Shown here: positions 26,881 to 36,839 of the stretch, piece after piece
Numbering within the stretch: position 1 is the first letter of the stretch
How the letters are laid out: every line of letters starts with the position of its first letter
Notes under the pieces: model-generated
The model's database searches: none
Told to the model about the DNA's origin: nothing
Seen by the model: the letters and a program-made list of their open reading frames with translations, nothing else
Made by a program: the position numbers and the translations under genes
Source: Thermoplasmata archaeon
GTDB lineage: Archaea > Thermoplasmatota > Thermoplasmata > Lutacidiplasmatales > UBA184
Assembly: GCA_021816865.1 (NCBI GenBank)
Contig: JAKAWX010000002.1
Span: 12,110-76,109 of the forward strand
Reading direction: 5' to 3'
Length of the DNA: 64,000 nt

Positions 26881-29340
26881 TCACTCGAAGTCGGCGAGGC
26901 TCTTCGTCGTGCGTCGGCGCTTCGCGGGGGCCGCGAGGTCGGCGAGCGAGGTGTCGAGCGATGCGGTCGGTCCGGGCTCGACCGTCGGCCGGTCCGCCGG
27001 GTCACCGAGACGGCGCTGGTGGCTCCCGCGCAGGAGCGCAGCCGCGTCCCAGTCGTAGACCTCCGTCACACGGGCGAGCGTCTGGGCGACGCGGTCGGCG
27101 TAGTACTCCCAGTCGGGTTCCTTGCCGAACGGTCGGCCCTCGACCCACGGCTCGACCTCCTGAGGGGAGGCGCGGGAGTCGGTCACGATCCACGCGACCT
27201 TCATGCCGGGGATCACGTCGTACCCTTCCGCCTTGAGGCGCTTGTAGACCCTCAGGAACGGCAGCGAGTCTCGGGTCGCTTCGTTGTACTCGCTCTCCGG
27301 CCGGACCGTGCGCGCAATGACGAGCCGCTCGACCGGGACCGACCGGTTCCGCACCGCGAGCACGAGCTCGCGTGCGCGACGCACCGCACCGTCGGTGTCC
27401 CCGCGAAGGACGAGGTCGAAGACATCCATGAGCGCCTGCGACTGGTAGTCGAAGGCGTCCGTACGCCGGGTCTCGTAGCCGCGGACAACCCGCTCCTCCC
27501 GGGGCCAGGCCGTCTGACCGACGTACCGCTTCTTCGCGCCGTGCGAGAAGAACGACTCGAAGACCGACTGAAACTCGAACGTCGTTCCCTCGTGGGTGAA
27601 CCGCTTTGCGATCTCCTCGCCGAACTCCCGGGCGCCCTCGAGGGTCGGGACCGGCGCTCGGACGAACACGGAATCGGTGTCGGAATAGACCACCTCGTGG
27701 CCGTCGGCCTCGAGGTCGCGGATGATCGAGGTGATCGCCTCCCGCGCGAAGGCGGTGATCGCGGCGCCGATCTCCTTGTTGGTGAACCGGTAGAAGCTCG
27801 ACGCGAGCACCCCGTAGAACGAGTTCATCAGGAGCTTCACCGCGAGCTGGAGGCCGTCGAAGTACGCCTTCAGCTCCTCGGTCGGGGCCTCGCGCGCCTC
27901 CCGCCGGAACCGGTCCCGGTCGGCGAGGAGCTGCGCGAGGAGCTCGGGAACGATCCCTCGGCGGACGGAAGGCGCAAGGAACCGGGCGCCCGACGGCGCG
28001 ACCGTCGTGCCGTCGGGGGAGAGCGTGGTGAAGCAGAGGTTCTTCGCGATGATGATCGACGGGTACATCGACTTGAAGTCGAGCAGGACCACCCAGCGGT
28101 ACATCCCCGGGCGGATTGCGTGGACGTACCCGCCCTCGATCGGGGCGTCGCGTCCCCCGCGGTGGCTCGGCGGGACCCCGACGCCCCGTTCGTCGGCCCG
28201 TGGAATCAAGAGCGCATCGATGTAGAGGGACGTCCGGCCGTTGAGGCCCTCCTCGAGCGGAAGGCGCGCGACGGTCGCGAGGTCGGCCGCCTTATCGATC
28301 GAGCGGAGGCGTCGAAGGATCCTCAGGGCGAGGTCGGCGTCGTGCTCGCAGTACTCCATCACGCGGGCGGGATCGCGCGCCCACTCCTGCTCGATGTTGC
28401 GGCGGTCGACGTCGAGCTTCGAGTCTCCGAGAAGCGTGCGGGCGACAAACTGCAAGGTCTCCTGCTTCGGGTGGAGCTCGTTGCGGGCGGACCACCAGGC
28501 GTCCGCGACCACGCGCCCGGTCACCTTCCACAGCCGATCACCCATCTCGCGCGGGCTCGATCCCTCCCGTCCGAGGCGGAGGGGCTCCGCACCGGTCGCC
28601 TGGGCCCGCTCGACGAGCAGGGGGAAATCGTAGCCCCCGATGTTGTATCCCGTGAGAATGTCCGGGTCGTCCTCGCGGACGATACGGGCGAACTCCTCGA
28701 GGATTCTGCGTTCGCTGGGGTCGGTGATCCGGAAGGTCCGGCGCGGCCGGTCGCCGCCGTCGGCGACGCCGCAGATCGTGAAGATCGTTCGCTCGCGGAT
28801 CGCGTTCTCGATGTCGAAGGAGAGGAACCGCAGGGACGGACGGAACGGCTCGGCGGGCCGGATGTCGTGGGTGGCGTCCACGACGACCCGCACCACCTCG
28901 GGCACCGTGTAGCGCGCGCGGACCTCGTCGCTCTCCTCCTCGGCCTCGAAGCCCACCGTGAGGCCGAGGTGATGGTCGTAGAGGAAGCGGTGCACGAACG
29001 GGATGTCGCACGCGAGGACGTTCGCCTCCTCCCCCGGGCGGCGGTAGGCGTCGCGGTACTGGGGCACGAGCCACGGACGGTGGAGGGTAACGCGGGCGGC
29101 CGGTCTCTCGCGGCCCCCCACGAACGTGATGAGGTCCTCGACCTTTACGACCTCGGGGTCGGACCGGAGCCGCTCGCGCTGCTCCGCGGTCGGCTCGGCG
29201 AGGACGAAATACGGCCGGAAGCCGTAGTACCGGGCGACCGTCGGGGTCCCTTCCCGGTTCCGGCCGAACAGCTCGACGACCACCCCATCGTCCCGAGCCT
29301 GGTACGAGCCCTCGAGGAGGAACAGTTCGACCGTGCGCAC
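26881..29340 (-). CDS. polB: Family B DNA polymerase, intein-free
   Basis: Exo FDIE, GYN...YD, YC..D; Pol DFKSMYPS, K..MNSFYG, YSDTDS, KKRY; C-terminal PIP-like KSLADF. Confidence 0.96.
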   Translation of the reverse strand: MRTVELFLLEGSYQARDDGVVVELFGRNREGTPTVARYYGFRPYFVLAEPTAEQRERLRSDPEVVKVEDLITFVGGRERPAARVTLHRPWLVPQYRDAYRRPGEEANVLACDIPFVHRFLYDHHLGLTVGFEAEEESDEVRARYTVPEVVRVVVDATHDIRPAEPFRPSLRFLSFDIENAIRERTIFTICGVADGGDRPRRTFRITDPSERRILEEFARIVREDDPDILTGYNIGGYDFPLLVERAQATGAEPLRLGREGSSPREMGDRLWKVTGRVVADAWWSARNELHPKQETLQFVARTLLGDSKLDVDRRNIEQEWARDPARVMEYCEHDADLALRILRRLRSIDKAADLATVARLPLEEGLNGRTSLYIDALLIPRADERGVGVPPSHRGGRDAPIEGGYVHAIRPGMYRWVVLLDFKSMYPSIIIAKNLCFTTLSPDGTTVAPSGARFLAPSVRRGIVPELLAQLLADRDRFRREAREAPTEELKAYFDGLQLAVKLLMNSFYGVLASSFYRFTNKEIGAAITAFAREAITSIIRDLEADGHEVVYSDTDSVFVRAPVPTLEGAREFGEEIAKRFTHEGTTFEFQSVFESFFSHGAKKRYVGQTAWPREERVVRGYETRRTDAFDYQSQALMDVFDLVLRGDTDGAVRRARELVLAVRNRSVPVERLVIARTVRPESEYNEATRDSLPFLRVYKRLKAEGYDVIPGMKVAWIVTDSRASPQEVEPWVEGRPFGKEPDWEYYADRVAQTLARVTEVYDWDAAALLRGSHQRRLGDPADRPTVEPGPTASLDTSLADLAAPAKRRRTTKSLADFE

Positions 29341-29362
29341 GGACCGAGGAGCCCGACGGGCG

Positions 29363-29944
29363 CTAAAGCCGTTTGGAGGGGCGCCCGGCGAGCCAGGTAC
29401 CGAGCGCCCGGAGGTCGTCGTCCCAGCGGCGGTAGAGGCGATGCGAGCGCAGGGCGGCCGGGTGGACGAGTGGGAAGAGCGGTGGGTCGCTCGACGGGCG
29501 CGGTCGACCGGCCGCGGTGAGGATCGGCGGCGCCCCGGGATCGAGCGCGCGCAGGGCCGAGGTGCCGAGGGTCACGACCGCCGCCGGACGGAGCAGCGCG
29601 AGCTGCCGGTCGAGGAACGGACGACACGTAGTGGCCGCCGCCCGGTCGAACCGGTTCCCTGGCGGGCGGCATTTGAGGACGTTCAGCACCCCGAACTCGT
29701 CGCCCTCGAGCCCGAGCCGATGGGTGGCGTCGTCGAGCCGCCGGCCGGCGCGTCCGACGAAAGGGAGTCCGGTGCGGTCCTCCTCGGCGCCGGGGGCTTC
29801 GCCGACGAACACGACGCGCGGCGTGAGACTTCCCCGGTAGACGACCGCGTTCGTGCGGTACGCGCCGAGAGGACAGCGTCGGCAGGACCGGATCTCCTCG
29901 GAAAGCTCGGCCCAAGCCCGCGACCGACGGGGCGCCGGCGGCAC
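29363..29944 (-). CDS. udg: Uracil-DNA glycosylase family 4 (Fe-S)
   Basis: CRRC, GEAPG.EED..G.PFVG.AG, N.LKCRPP.N, HPAA; alternative start 29998. Confidence 0.92.
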   Translation of the reverse strand: MPPAPRRSRAWAELSEEIRSCRRCPLGAYRTNAVVYRGSLTPRVVFVGEAPGAEEDRTGLPFVGRAGRRLDDATHRLGLEGDEFGVLNVLKCRPPGNRFDRAAATTCRPFLDRQLALLRPAAVVTLGTSALRALDPGAPPILTAAGRPRPSSDPPLFPLVHPAALRSHRLYRRWDDDLRALGTWLAGRPSKRL

Positions 29945-30080
29945 GGTCCGGCCGATGGCGATGCCCGGCACGCCCCGCGCCAGTCCGGCCGCCCCCATAG
30001 CGCTCGCGCGAGCGAGCGAGGGCGCGGCGCGGCACGGACCTTAAATAGGGGCTCCCTGTGGCTCGGCCCCTTCGCCGACC

Positions 30081-30515
30081 ATGCCTCCGCCGTCCGGACT
30101 CAACACTGCGGGTCGCCTGACCCGGCTCCGCCAGCGGCGACGCTGGTCCGACCGGTACTACAAGCGGCGGACCCTCCATCTCAAGGAACGGTCCGACCCT
30201 CTCGAGGGTGCCCCCCAGGGCCGCGGCATCGTGATCGAGAAGGTCGGGGTCGAGGCGAAGCAGCCGAACTCGGCGATTCGAAAGTGCATCAAGGTCCAGC
30301 TGATCAAGAACGGCCGCCAGGTCACCGCGTTCGCGGTCGGTGACGGGGCCATCAACTTCATCGACGAGCACGACGAGGTCCTCGTCGAGGGAATCGGAGG
30401 TCGCATGGGCCGGTCCTACGGCGATATCCCGGGCGTCCGGTACAAGGTGATCCAGGTGAACAGCGTCTCGCTCGACGAACTCGTGCGCGGACGCAAGGAG
30501 AAGCCGGCCCGATGA
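30081..30515 (+). CDS. rps12: 30S ribosomal protein S12 (uS12)
   Basis: [18 protein letters not shown]. Confidence 0.98.
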   Translation: MPPPSGLNTAGRLTRLRQRRRWSDRYYKRRTLHLKERSDPLEGAPQGRGIVIEKVGVEAKQPNSAIRKCIKVQLIKNGRQVTAFAVGDGAINFIDEHDEVLVEGIGGRMGRSYGDIPGVRYKVIQVNSVSLDELVRGRKEKPAR

Positions 30516-31171
30516 GCGGAGCACCCGAGCCCCTGAGCCCAGAGCCGACCGCCGAGGACGCGGGACCCGTCGTCCAGCGCCCCCAGCCGCCGCCCCCTCC
30601 ACCGTTCGTCCTCCCGCCGCTCTTCGGAAAGTACCCGTTCGAGGGCGTGGAGGTCCACGACCCCGGGCTGCTGCCGTACCTGTATCTGCACCCCGTCTAC
30701 ACGCCTCACACCGAGGGTCGCCTCACCGGTCGGCCGTTCCTCAAGACCCGGATGCACCTGGTCGAGCGGCTCGCCAACCACCTCATGAAAGGCGGCAAGT
30801 TCACGGGCAAGAAGTCGAAGGCGATCACCACCATCCGCAAGGCGTTCGACGAGCTCGCCCAGAAGGAGGGGAAGAACCCGCTCCAGCTCCTCGTCGATGC
30901 GGTCGAGAACGCCTCGCCTCGAGAAGAGGTCACGCGACTCCAGTTCGGCGGGATCTCCGTCCCTCGGGCCGTGGACGCCTCACCGGCCCGCCGTCTCAAT
31001 GTCGCGATCCGCAACCTCGCGCTCGGCGCGATCCAGTCCTCGCACAAATCGACGAGGCCGATCCACTCCTGCCTCGCGGACGAGATCCGGCTGGCGGCCA
31101 AAGGCGACCTCACGTCGTTCGCGGTCGGACGGAAGGAAGAGGTCGAGCGGGTCGCGCAGTCGGCGCGCTGA
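30512..31171 (+). CDS. rps7: 30S ribosomal protein S7 (uS7)
   Basis: VERL.N.LM, GKK, NP.Q.L..A.EN..PREE, ERVA.SAR. Confidence 0.97.
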   Translation: MSGAPEPLSPEPTAEDAGPVVQRPQPPPPPPFVLPPLFGKYPFEGVEVHDPGLLPYLYLHPVYTPHTEGRLTGRPFLKTRMHLVERLANHLMKGGKFTGKKSKAITTIRKAFDELAQKEGKNPLQLLVDAVENASPREEVTRLQFGGISVPRAVDASPARRLNVAIRNLALGAIQSSHKSTRPIHSCLADEIRLAAKGDLTSFAVGRKEEVERVAQSAR

Positions 31172-31189
31172 AGCCCGACAGGAACCCCC

Positions 31190-33391
31190 ATGACGCACAT
31201 TCGTGCTGAGCTCGCGAAAGCCATTCCCGAGATGATGCGCAACGTCGACAAGATCCGCAACATCGGGATCGTCGCGCACATCCACCACGGCAAGACGACG
31301 CTCTCCGACAACCTCCTCGCCGCGGCGGGGATGATCTCGAACGAGCTCGCGGGCAAGCAGCTCTACCTCAACTTCGACGAGCAGGAGCAGGCGCGGCTGC
31401 TCACGATCAACAACGCGGACGTCACGATCGTCCACGAGTTCGAGAAGGAGCAGTACCTGATCAACCTCATCGACACGCCCGGCCACGTGGACTTCGGCGG
31501 AGACGTGACCCGAGCGATGCGCGCGGTCGACGGCGCGATCGTCGTCGTCTGTGCGGTGGAGGGCGTCATGGCTCAGACCGAGACCGTGCTCCGTCAGGCG
31601 CTGCGCGAGAAGGTCAAGCCGGTCCTCTTCATCAACAAGGTCGACCGCGCGATCAAGGAGCTCCAGCTCACCCCCGATTCCCTGCAGAAGCGGTTCGGGT
31701 CGATCATCTCCGAGGTGAACGAGCTCATCCGTCGCATGGCGCCCGAGGAGTTCGTCGACGATTGGAGCGTCGATCCCCGGGACGGGTCGGTCGCGTTCGG
31801 ATCCGGGTACGAGAACTGGGCGATCAGCGTGCCGTATATGCTGCGCACCGGCGTCAAGTTCCCCGATATCATCGATTTCGTCTCGACCGGACGATCTCGG
31901 GAGATCGCGCAGCGCGCGAAGATCAACGACGTCGTCTTCGACATGGTCGTCCGCCACCTCCCGAGCCCGCACGTCGCGCAGCGCTACCGGATCCCGAACA
32001 TCTGGAAGGGCGAGGTCGGCTCGACGATCGGCCAGGCGATGCTCAACACGGACACGAACGGCCCGACCTCGTTCATGGTCACCGACATCACGATGGACCC
32101 GAGCGCGGGCGAGATCGCGACGGGCCGCGTGTTCTCCGGGCGCATCCAGAAGGGGATGGAGCTGAGCGTCGCGGGGACGAAGATCAAGGACCGCGTCCAG
32201 CACGTCTCCCTGTTCATGGGTCCCGAGCGCCTGATGGTCGAAGAGGTCACCGCGGGCAACATCGCCGCGGTCATCGGCCTCTCGGACGCCTTCGCCGGGA
32301 CGACGATGTCGGCGATCCCCGACATGACCCCGTTCGAGGAGATCCGTCACGTTTCCGAGCCGGTCGTAACGGTCGCGATCGAGCCGAAGCGGATGTCCGA
32401 CCTTCCGAAGTTGATCGAGGTCATGCGCAAGATCGCCAAGGAGGACGCGAGCCTGAAGGTCGAGATCAACCAAGAGACGGGCGAGCACCTCTTGTCGGGG
32501 ATGGGCGAGCTCCACCTCGAGATCACGCAGTACCGCATCGTCAACGACTACAAGGTCGAGATCGAGGCGTCGAAGCCGATCGTCGTCTACCGCGAGGTCG
32601 TGAAGCACCCGGGAGGGCCGTTCGAGGGGAAGAGCCCGAACAAGCACAACCGGTTCTACTTCGAGGTCGAGGCGCTCCCCGCGGCGGTCGTGCAGGCGAT
32701 CCGGGACGGCGACATCCCGCAGGGAAAGTCGTTCAAGGACACGAAGACCCTGGTCGCCAAGCTCGACCAGCTGGGCGTCCCCCGGGACGAAGGCCGCGGG
32801 ATCGTCGCGGTCGAGGGGACGAACATGCTGTTCGACGTGACGAAGGGGATCCAGTACCTCAACGAGACGATGGACCTGATCGTCGACGCCTTCAAGGAGG
32901 CGGTCAACCGCGGGCCGCTCGCCAACGAGAAGGTCTACGGGCTCAAGGTCCGTATCGTGGACGCGAAGCTCCACGAGGACTCGATCCACCGCGGACCCGC
33001 CCAGACGATCCCCGCCGCCCGCTCGGGGATCTACGGGGCGATGGTCCTCGGCGACCGTCTCCTCCTCGAACCGTTCCAGAAGGTCACCGTCAACGTCCCG
33101 CAGGAGGTCCTCGCAGGCGCGACCCGGGAGCTCCAGCGCCGACGGGGCGAGATCCTCGACATGACCAGTGTCGGCGACCTGCAGACGATCGTCGCGAAGG
33201 TCCCGGTCGCGGAGATGTTCGGCTTCGCCTCCGACATCCGCAGCGCCACCGCGGGCAAGGTCCTTTGGGCGACGGAGTCGATGGGGTTTGAACCCGTTCC
33301 GGGCGAGCTGCAGCCGAAGGTCGTCGGCGAGGTGCGACAGCGCCGCGGCCTCAAGCCCGAGCCGTACGACGCGGCGTACTACGCCGGGTAA
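31190..33391 (+). CDS. fusA: Elongation factor 2 (aEF-2)
   Basis: HGKTT, DTPGHVDF, NKVD, GMGELHLE, SPNKHN, HED..HRGPAQ diphthamide loop; atypical G1/switch I. Confidence 0.98.
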   Translation: MTHIRAELAKAIPEMMRNVDKIRNIGIVAHIHHGKTTLSDNLLAAAGMISNELAGKQLYLNFDEQEQARLLTINNADVTIVHEFEKEQYLINLIDTPGHVDFGGDVTRAMRAVDGAIVVVCAVEGVMAQTETVLRQALREKVKPVLFINKVDRAIKELQLTPDSLQKRFGSIISEVNELIRRMAPEEFVDDWSVDPRDGSVAFGSGYENWAISVPYMLRTGVKFPDIIDFVSTGRSREIAQRAKINDVVFDMVVRHLPSPHVAQRYRIPNIWKGEVGSTIGQAMLNTDTNGPTSFMVTDITMDPSAGEIATGRVFSGRIQKGMELSVAGTKIKDRVQHVSLFMGPERLMVEEVTAGNIAAVIGLSDAFAGTTMSAIPDMTPFEEIRHVSEPVVTVAIEPKRMSDLPKLIEVMRKIAKEDASLKVEINQETGEHLLSGMGELHLEITQYRIVNDYKVEIEASKPIVVYREVVKHPGGPFEGKSPNKHNRFYFEVEALPAAVVQAIRDGDIPQGKSFKDTKTLVAKLDQLGVPRDEGRGIVAVEGTNMLFDVTKGIQYLNETMDLIVDAFKEAVNRGPLANEKVYGLKVRIVDAKLHEDSIHRGPAQTIPAARSGIYGAMVLGDRLLLEPFQKVTVNVPQEVLAGATRELQRRRGEILDMTSVGDLQTIVAKVPVAEMFGFASDIRSATAGKVLWATESMGFEPVPGELQPKVVGEVRQRRGLKPEPYDAAYYAG

Positions 33392-33515
33392 ACCGGCCGC
33401 GCGCCTCTCGGAAACGCCGGGCCGATGCGCCGCTCGCGTCCGTACGACGCCGCGCAGTGGGACGGGCGATCGGCGACCGGCTCCACCCTCTAGCCGGACC
33501 GTACCGCGGGCGGGT

Positions 33516-34178
33516 TTAGCTACTACGCTTGGTAGTAGCTCTGACCCGACGGGAGGGGCCGGCCGGTAGACCGATGAGCTCGTCCAGGGTCCGCTGGCCC
33601 CGCGGCCGGGGGCCTTCGGCCGACCGCGAGCGGATCGGCCAGGCGCCCTCGTGGTCCAGCAGCCAGCGCTTGCGCCAGAGACCGAGCCCGTAGCCGGTGA
33701 TGGACCCTCCCGTACCGATCACCCTGTGACAGGGGATCACGATCGGGATCGGGTTGCGCCGCATCGCGCCCCCGACCGCCCGCGCGGCCCCGGGGAACCC
33801 GGCCCGTCGCGCGAGTTCGCCGTACGTCACCGTTCGCCCCGCCGGCACGTCGCTCAGTCGCTCCCAGACCTTCCGGTCGAACGCCGATGTCGTCCCGGTG
33901 TCCGCCACAAGGTCGAAGGCGGTACGCTGGCCCCGGAAGTACTCGAGAAGTTGCCGGGCCGGGTTTCCCGCCGGGAGCGGGGGGCGGCGACGGAGCGCCC
34001 CCGCCGGCACCCCGCTCTGGGCGAGACCGTTCTCGAGCAGGTCGACCACGCGCACGTTCGAGCCCTGGTAGACCACCCGGAACGTTCCGATCGGAGTGGT
34101 CACGTCGGAGTACTCGACCGGGTCGGCCATCGCCGGGGCAGGTGCGGGCACGCTTATCTCCGTTTCAACCCGGGCCAT
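33516..34178 (-). CDS. ogt: Methylated-DNA-protein-cysteine methyltransferase
   Basis: TYGELA, ARAVG.A...NP....PCHRV, K..LL.HE. Confidence 0.94.
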   Translation of the reverse strand: MARVETEISVPAPAPAMADPVEYSDVTTPIGTFRVVYQGSNVRVVDLLENGLAQSGVPAGALRRRPPLPAGNPARQLLEYFRGQRTAFDLVADTGTTSAFDRKVWERLSDVPAGRTVTYGELARRAGFPGAARAVGGAMRRNPIPIVIPCHRVIGTGGSITGYGLGLWRKRWLLDHEGAWPIRSRSAEGPRPRGQRTLDELIGLPAGPSRRVRATTKRSS

Positions 34179-34872
34179 TTCTCGGCGAACCCCCCGAGCT
34201 CTCGAGGCCGGTCGAGGTGATGCGGAAATCCGCGGTCCCCTCGGGGAGCGACCGGTGCTTGACGAGCACGACGCGGCGGCGGTCGCCCGGAAGGCGGTCG
34301 AACCGCAGGATCGTCTTCGCGGCGTGGTGGAGGAACGAGCCCCCGAGCGGCTCGAGGGTTCCGTCGCGTACGCTCCGGTAGACCTGGTTCGTGAACAGTA
34401 CCGGAACGTGGGCCGAGAGCGCGGTCACGACAAGGTCGGCGACGCCGACGGAGAGGGCCTGGCGCGCGTCGTCCTCGTCGGGCCCCGAGAGCGTGAGCCG
34501 GTAGTAGAACGTGCCCGAATCGACGACGATGAGGCCGACCGGCCGGGTTCCCTCGCGGGCGAGCCGGCACGCGGTCGCGACCGCCCGCCCCTGCTCGTCG
34601 AGGCTCTTCGGGCTCGAGAGCAGTAGCCGCCCGAGGACCTCGTCGAGCGCCGGGCCGCAGACCGCGCTCAGCCGGTCGACGCTCACGCCCTCGGTGTCGA
34701 TGTAGAAGACCCAGTGGCCCGACCGCGCCACGCGCGCGCTGACCTCGAGGCAGAAGAGCGTCTTGCCGCTTCCGCCCTCTCCGTAGATCTCGGTGACCGA
34801 GTCGCTCTCGAGCCCACCGCCGAGGAGCCGGTCGACCGACGGGATCCCCGTCGGCTGGCGCTCGGACGGCAT
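34165..34872 (-). CDS. radB: DNA repair and recombination protein RadB
   Basis: D.LLGGG.E, GEGGSGKT, YIDTEG, IVVDS, TNQV, KHR motif; no N-terminal RadA domain. Confidence 0.94.
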   Translation of the reverse strand: MPSERQPTGIPSVDRLLGGGLESDSVTEIYGEGGSGKTLFCLEVSARVARSGHWVFYIDTEGVSVDRLSAVCGPALDEVLGRLLLSSPKSLDEQGRAVATACRLAREGTRPVGLIVVDSGTFYYRLTLSGPDEDDARQALSVGVADLVVTALSAHVPVLFTNQVYRSVRDGTLEPLGGSFLHHAAKTILRFDRLPGDRRRVVLVKHRSLPEGTADFRITSTGLESSGGSPRNGPG

Positions 34873-34924
34873 CGGCGCGGCGAGGGTCTCCGAGGGGATA
34901 ATCTAGTACCGTGGGGGCCGCGCG

Positions 34925-36268
34925 TCACGGGCCGATCGGGTACGGCCGACCGACCTCGGGCAGCCGGACGCTCGGCCCGGCGGCGCAGAACGCCTCCGGG
35001 TGTTCGGTGTGGATCGGGAAGACGGTCGACGGCGCGACCGACCGGACGATCTCGAAGAGCTCGCGCTCCGATGCGTGCCCGCTCGCGTGCATCTGGTGGA
35101 ACGCGAGGCCGAAGTGGTCGAGCCAGTTGTGCATCACCCGATCGTCGACGTCGTCCTCGCTGAACGGCTCGCTCATCGAGTGGATGAACGGCGCTCCGCG
35201 CGGAGGTCGGAGGTCGATGAGCTCGGGGAAGTGCAGCAGGTCGAGCGCGAGCAGGTAGCGTCGTCCGTGGGCGCGGACCTCCTCGGCCGAAAGGGCGTCG
35301 TCGAGGAACGGCTTCTCCCAGTTGAAGTGGCGCTTCTTCTTGCGGTCGTAGACGAGGAGGCCGTGCCCGGGATCGGGGACGGGCACGCCTCCGCCGGGGA
35401 ACTGCGGCGCGACGGTCGCGAGGAGGTGCGCCGTCCGTGCCGAGACCACGAGCGAACGATCGGCCTCGAGCGCCGCCGCGTGGAGGGTGAGAAGCCGGTC
35501 GATGTCGCGCGGGTAGGTGCAGGCGAGCGCGAGCTCGGGGCGGTCCGCGAGCAGCCGGTCGACGTGCGAACGCACCCCCGCCTCGGAGAGGTTCGGGCGG
35601 GCGTCCGGCCCGGCGCGCGTGCCCTCGGTCACGAGGGTGGCCGGTCGCTCCTCGGCCGCGGCCCGGAAGAACTCCCGTGTGTCCGACGCCCGGGGTCCGT
35701 GCTGGCGGAAGTCGCCGGTGTAGACGAGCGAGCCGTTCGACGTGCGGACGATGAACCCGTAGGCGAACGGGATCGAGTGGTCGACGGGGTACGGCACAAC
35801 CTCGATGCGGCCGAACCGGACCGGCGCGCGGTCGGTGAACGTCCGGTAGGCGTGCTCCCCGTACCGCATCATCGTCGAGGTCTCGATCGCCGACATGAGG
35901 TTGCGCGTCCCGGCGCCGACGTAGACCGGGACCTCGGGGTCGACGAGGTCGAGGTACCCTGCGTGGTCGGCGTGCGCGTGGCTCACGAAGATCCCTTGGA
36001 GGGTGGGGGGCTCCCAGGCGAGGTCGGCGTCCCCGAGCGCGTCGCGCGAGTAGAGACCCTCGAGACGGGGAACGAGGCCGAACTCGAGGAGGTCCTTGGC
36101 CGGGCTGGTCGACCTCGGCTGCAGGTAGTCGACGTAGTACTCCTCCCGTCGTGCCGAGAACGACGGTCCGAAATCGAACAGGACGCGGTCCGGTCCGTCC
36201 TCGATCAGGAGCTTGTTGCCGCCGATCTCACGTACCCCGCCGAGGAAGGTGACGGTCGGCCCGGCCAT
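34925..36268 (-). CDS. MBL/beta-CASP hydrolase, RNase J-like
   Basis: GG..EIGGN, SHAHADH, DHS, YTGD, HASGH, PIHTE. Confidence 0.88.
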   Translation of the reverse strand: MAGPTVTFLGGVREIGGNKLLIEDGPDRVLFDFGPSFSARREEYYVDYLQPRSTSPAKDLLEFGLVPRLEGLYSRDALGDADLAWEPPTLQGIFVSHAHADHAGYLDLVDPEVPVYVGAGTRNLMSAIETSTMMRYGEHAYRTFTDRAPVRFGRIEVVPYPVDHSIPFAYGFIVRTSNGSLVYTGDFRQHGPRASDTREFFRAAAEERPATLVTEGTRAGPDARPNLSEAGVRSHVDRLLADRPELALACTYPRDIDRLLTLHAAALEADRSLVVSARTAHLLATVAPQFPGGGVPVPDPGHGLLVYDRKKKRHFNWEKPFLDDALSAEEVRAHGRRYLLALDLLHFPELIDLRPPRGAPFIHSMSEPFSEDDVDDRVMHNWLDHFGLAFHQMHASGHASERELFEIVRSVAPSTVFPIHTEHPEAFCAAGPSVRLPEVGRPYPIGP

Positions 36269-36405
36269 ACCGGACCGCGTACCCCTGCGGCATCTTGGGT
36301 GTTTCGGGGGACCGAGATCGCGAGACGGACCGACCGCCGCCGGAGGAGCGGGAAAACGCGACGGAAGCGAGTCGGCGCTACCGACCGGGGGGTCGAGGGG
36401 CCCGG

Positions 36406-36540
36406 CTACCGCGCCTTCAGCACCTTCTTGACGTTCGGGTGCTCCTTCGTGAAGATCTTGCCGCCGCAGTTGTCGCAGCGGACTCCGAAGAGGTTCGCGT
36501 CGGAGGGGAGCGCCTCTCCGCAGCGGATACAGCGGAACAT
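36406..36540 (-). CDS. rpoP: DNA-directed RNA polymerase subunit P (Rpo12)
   Basis: 44 aa, CIRC...CDNCG.KIF.K....VK..LKAR zinc ribbon; follows rpl37ae. Confidence 0.92.
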   Translation of the reverse strand: MFRCIRCGEALPSDANLFGVRCDNCGGKIFTKEHPNVKKVLKAR

Positions 36541-36566
36541 CGACGGTGTCGAGCGACCGTGGGGGC

Positions 36567-36839
36567 TTAAGCGTTGCCCGCGCCGGTGGCCGTCCTCTCG
36601 GTCCGCGTGATCGGAGGCGGTGCCTGGAAGACGTAGGCGTTCGAGGCGAACCGCGTGCCGCAGCGCCGGCACTCGAAGATCCCGCTCGCGACCCGCTGGA
36701 GCGTGGACGTCGAGCATCGGGGGCAGGGGGCGGGCCTCTGGCGCGCCCGGTCGATCTCGAGAACGCGCCGGCGGATCCGGATCCCGTAGCGGGGGCCCAT
36801 CCAGCCGGTCGCGCCGACCTTCTTCGTCCGCCGGCTCAT
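36567..36839 (-). CDS. rpl37ae: 50S ribosomal protein L37Ae (eL43)
   Basis: TKKVG..G..GPRYG, CPRC, GIF.CRRC. Confidence 0.95.
   Translation of the reverse strand: MSRRTKKVGATGWMGPRYGIRIRRRVLEIDRARQRPAPCPRCSTSTLQRVASGIFECRRCGTRFASNAYVFQAPPPITRTERTATGAGNA

Noticed and set aside
26881-29340. Intein or inactivated PolB
   Set aside because: Normal length with exonuclease and polymerase motifs intact and contiguous
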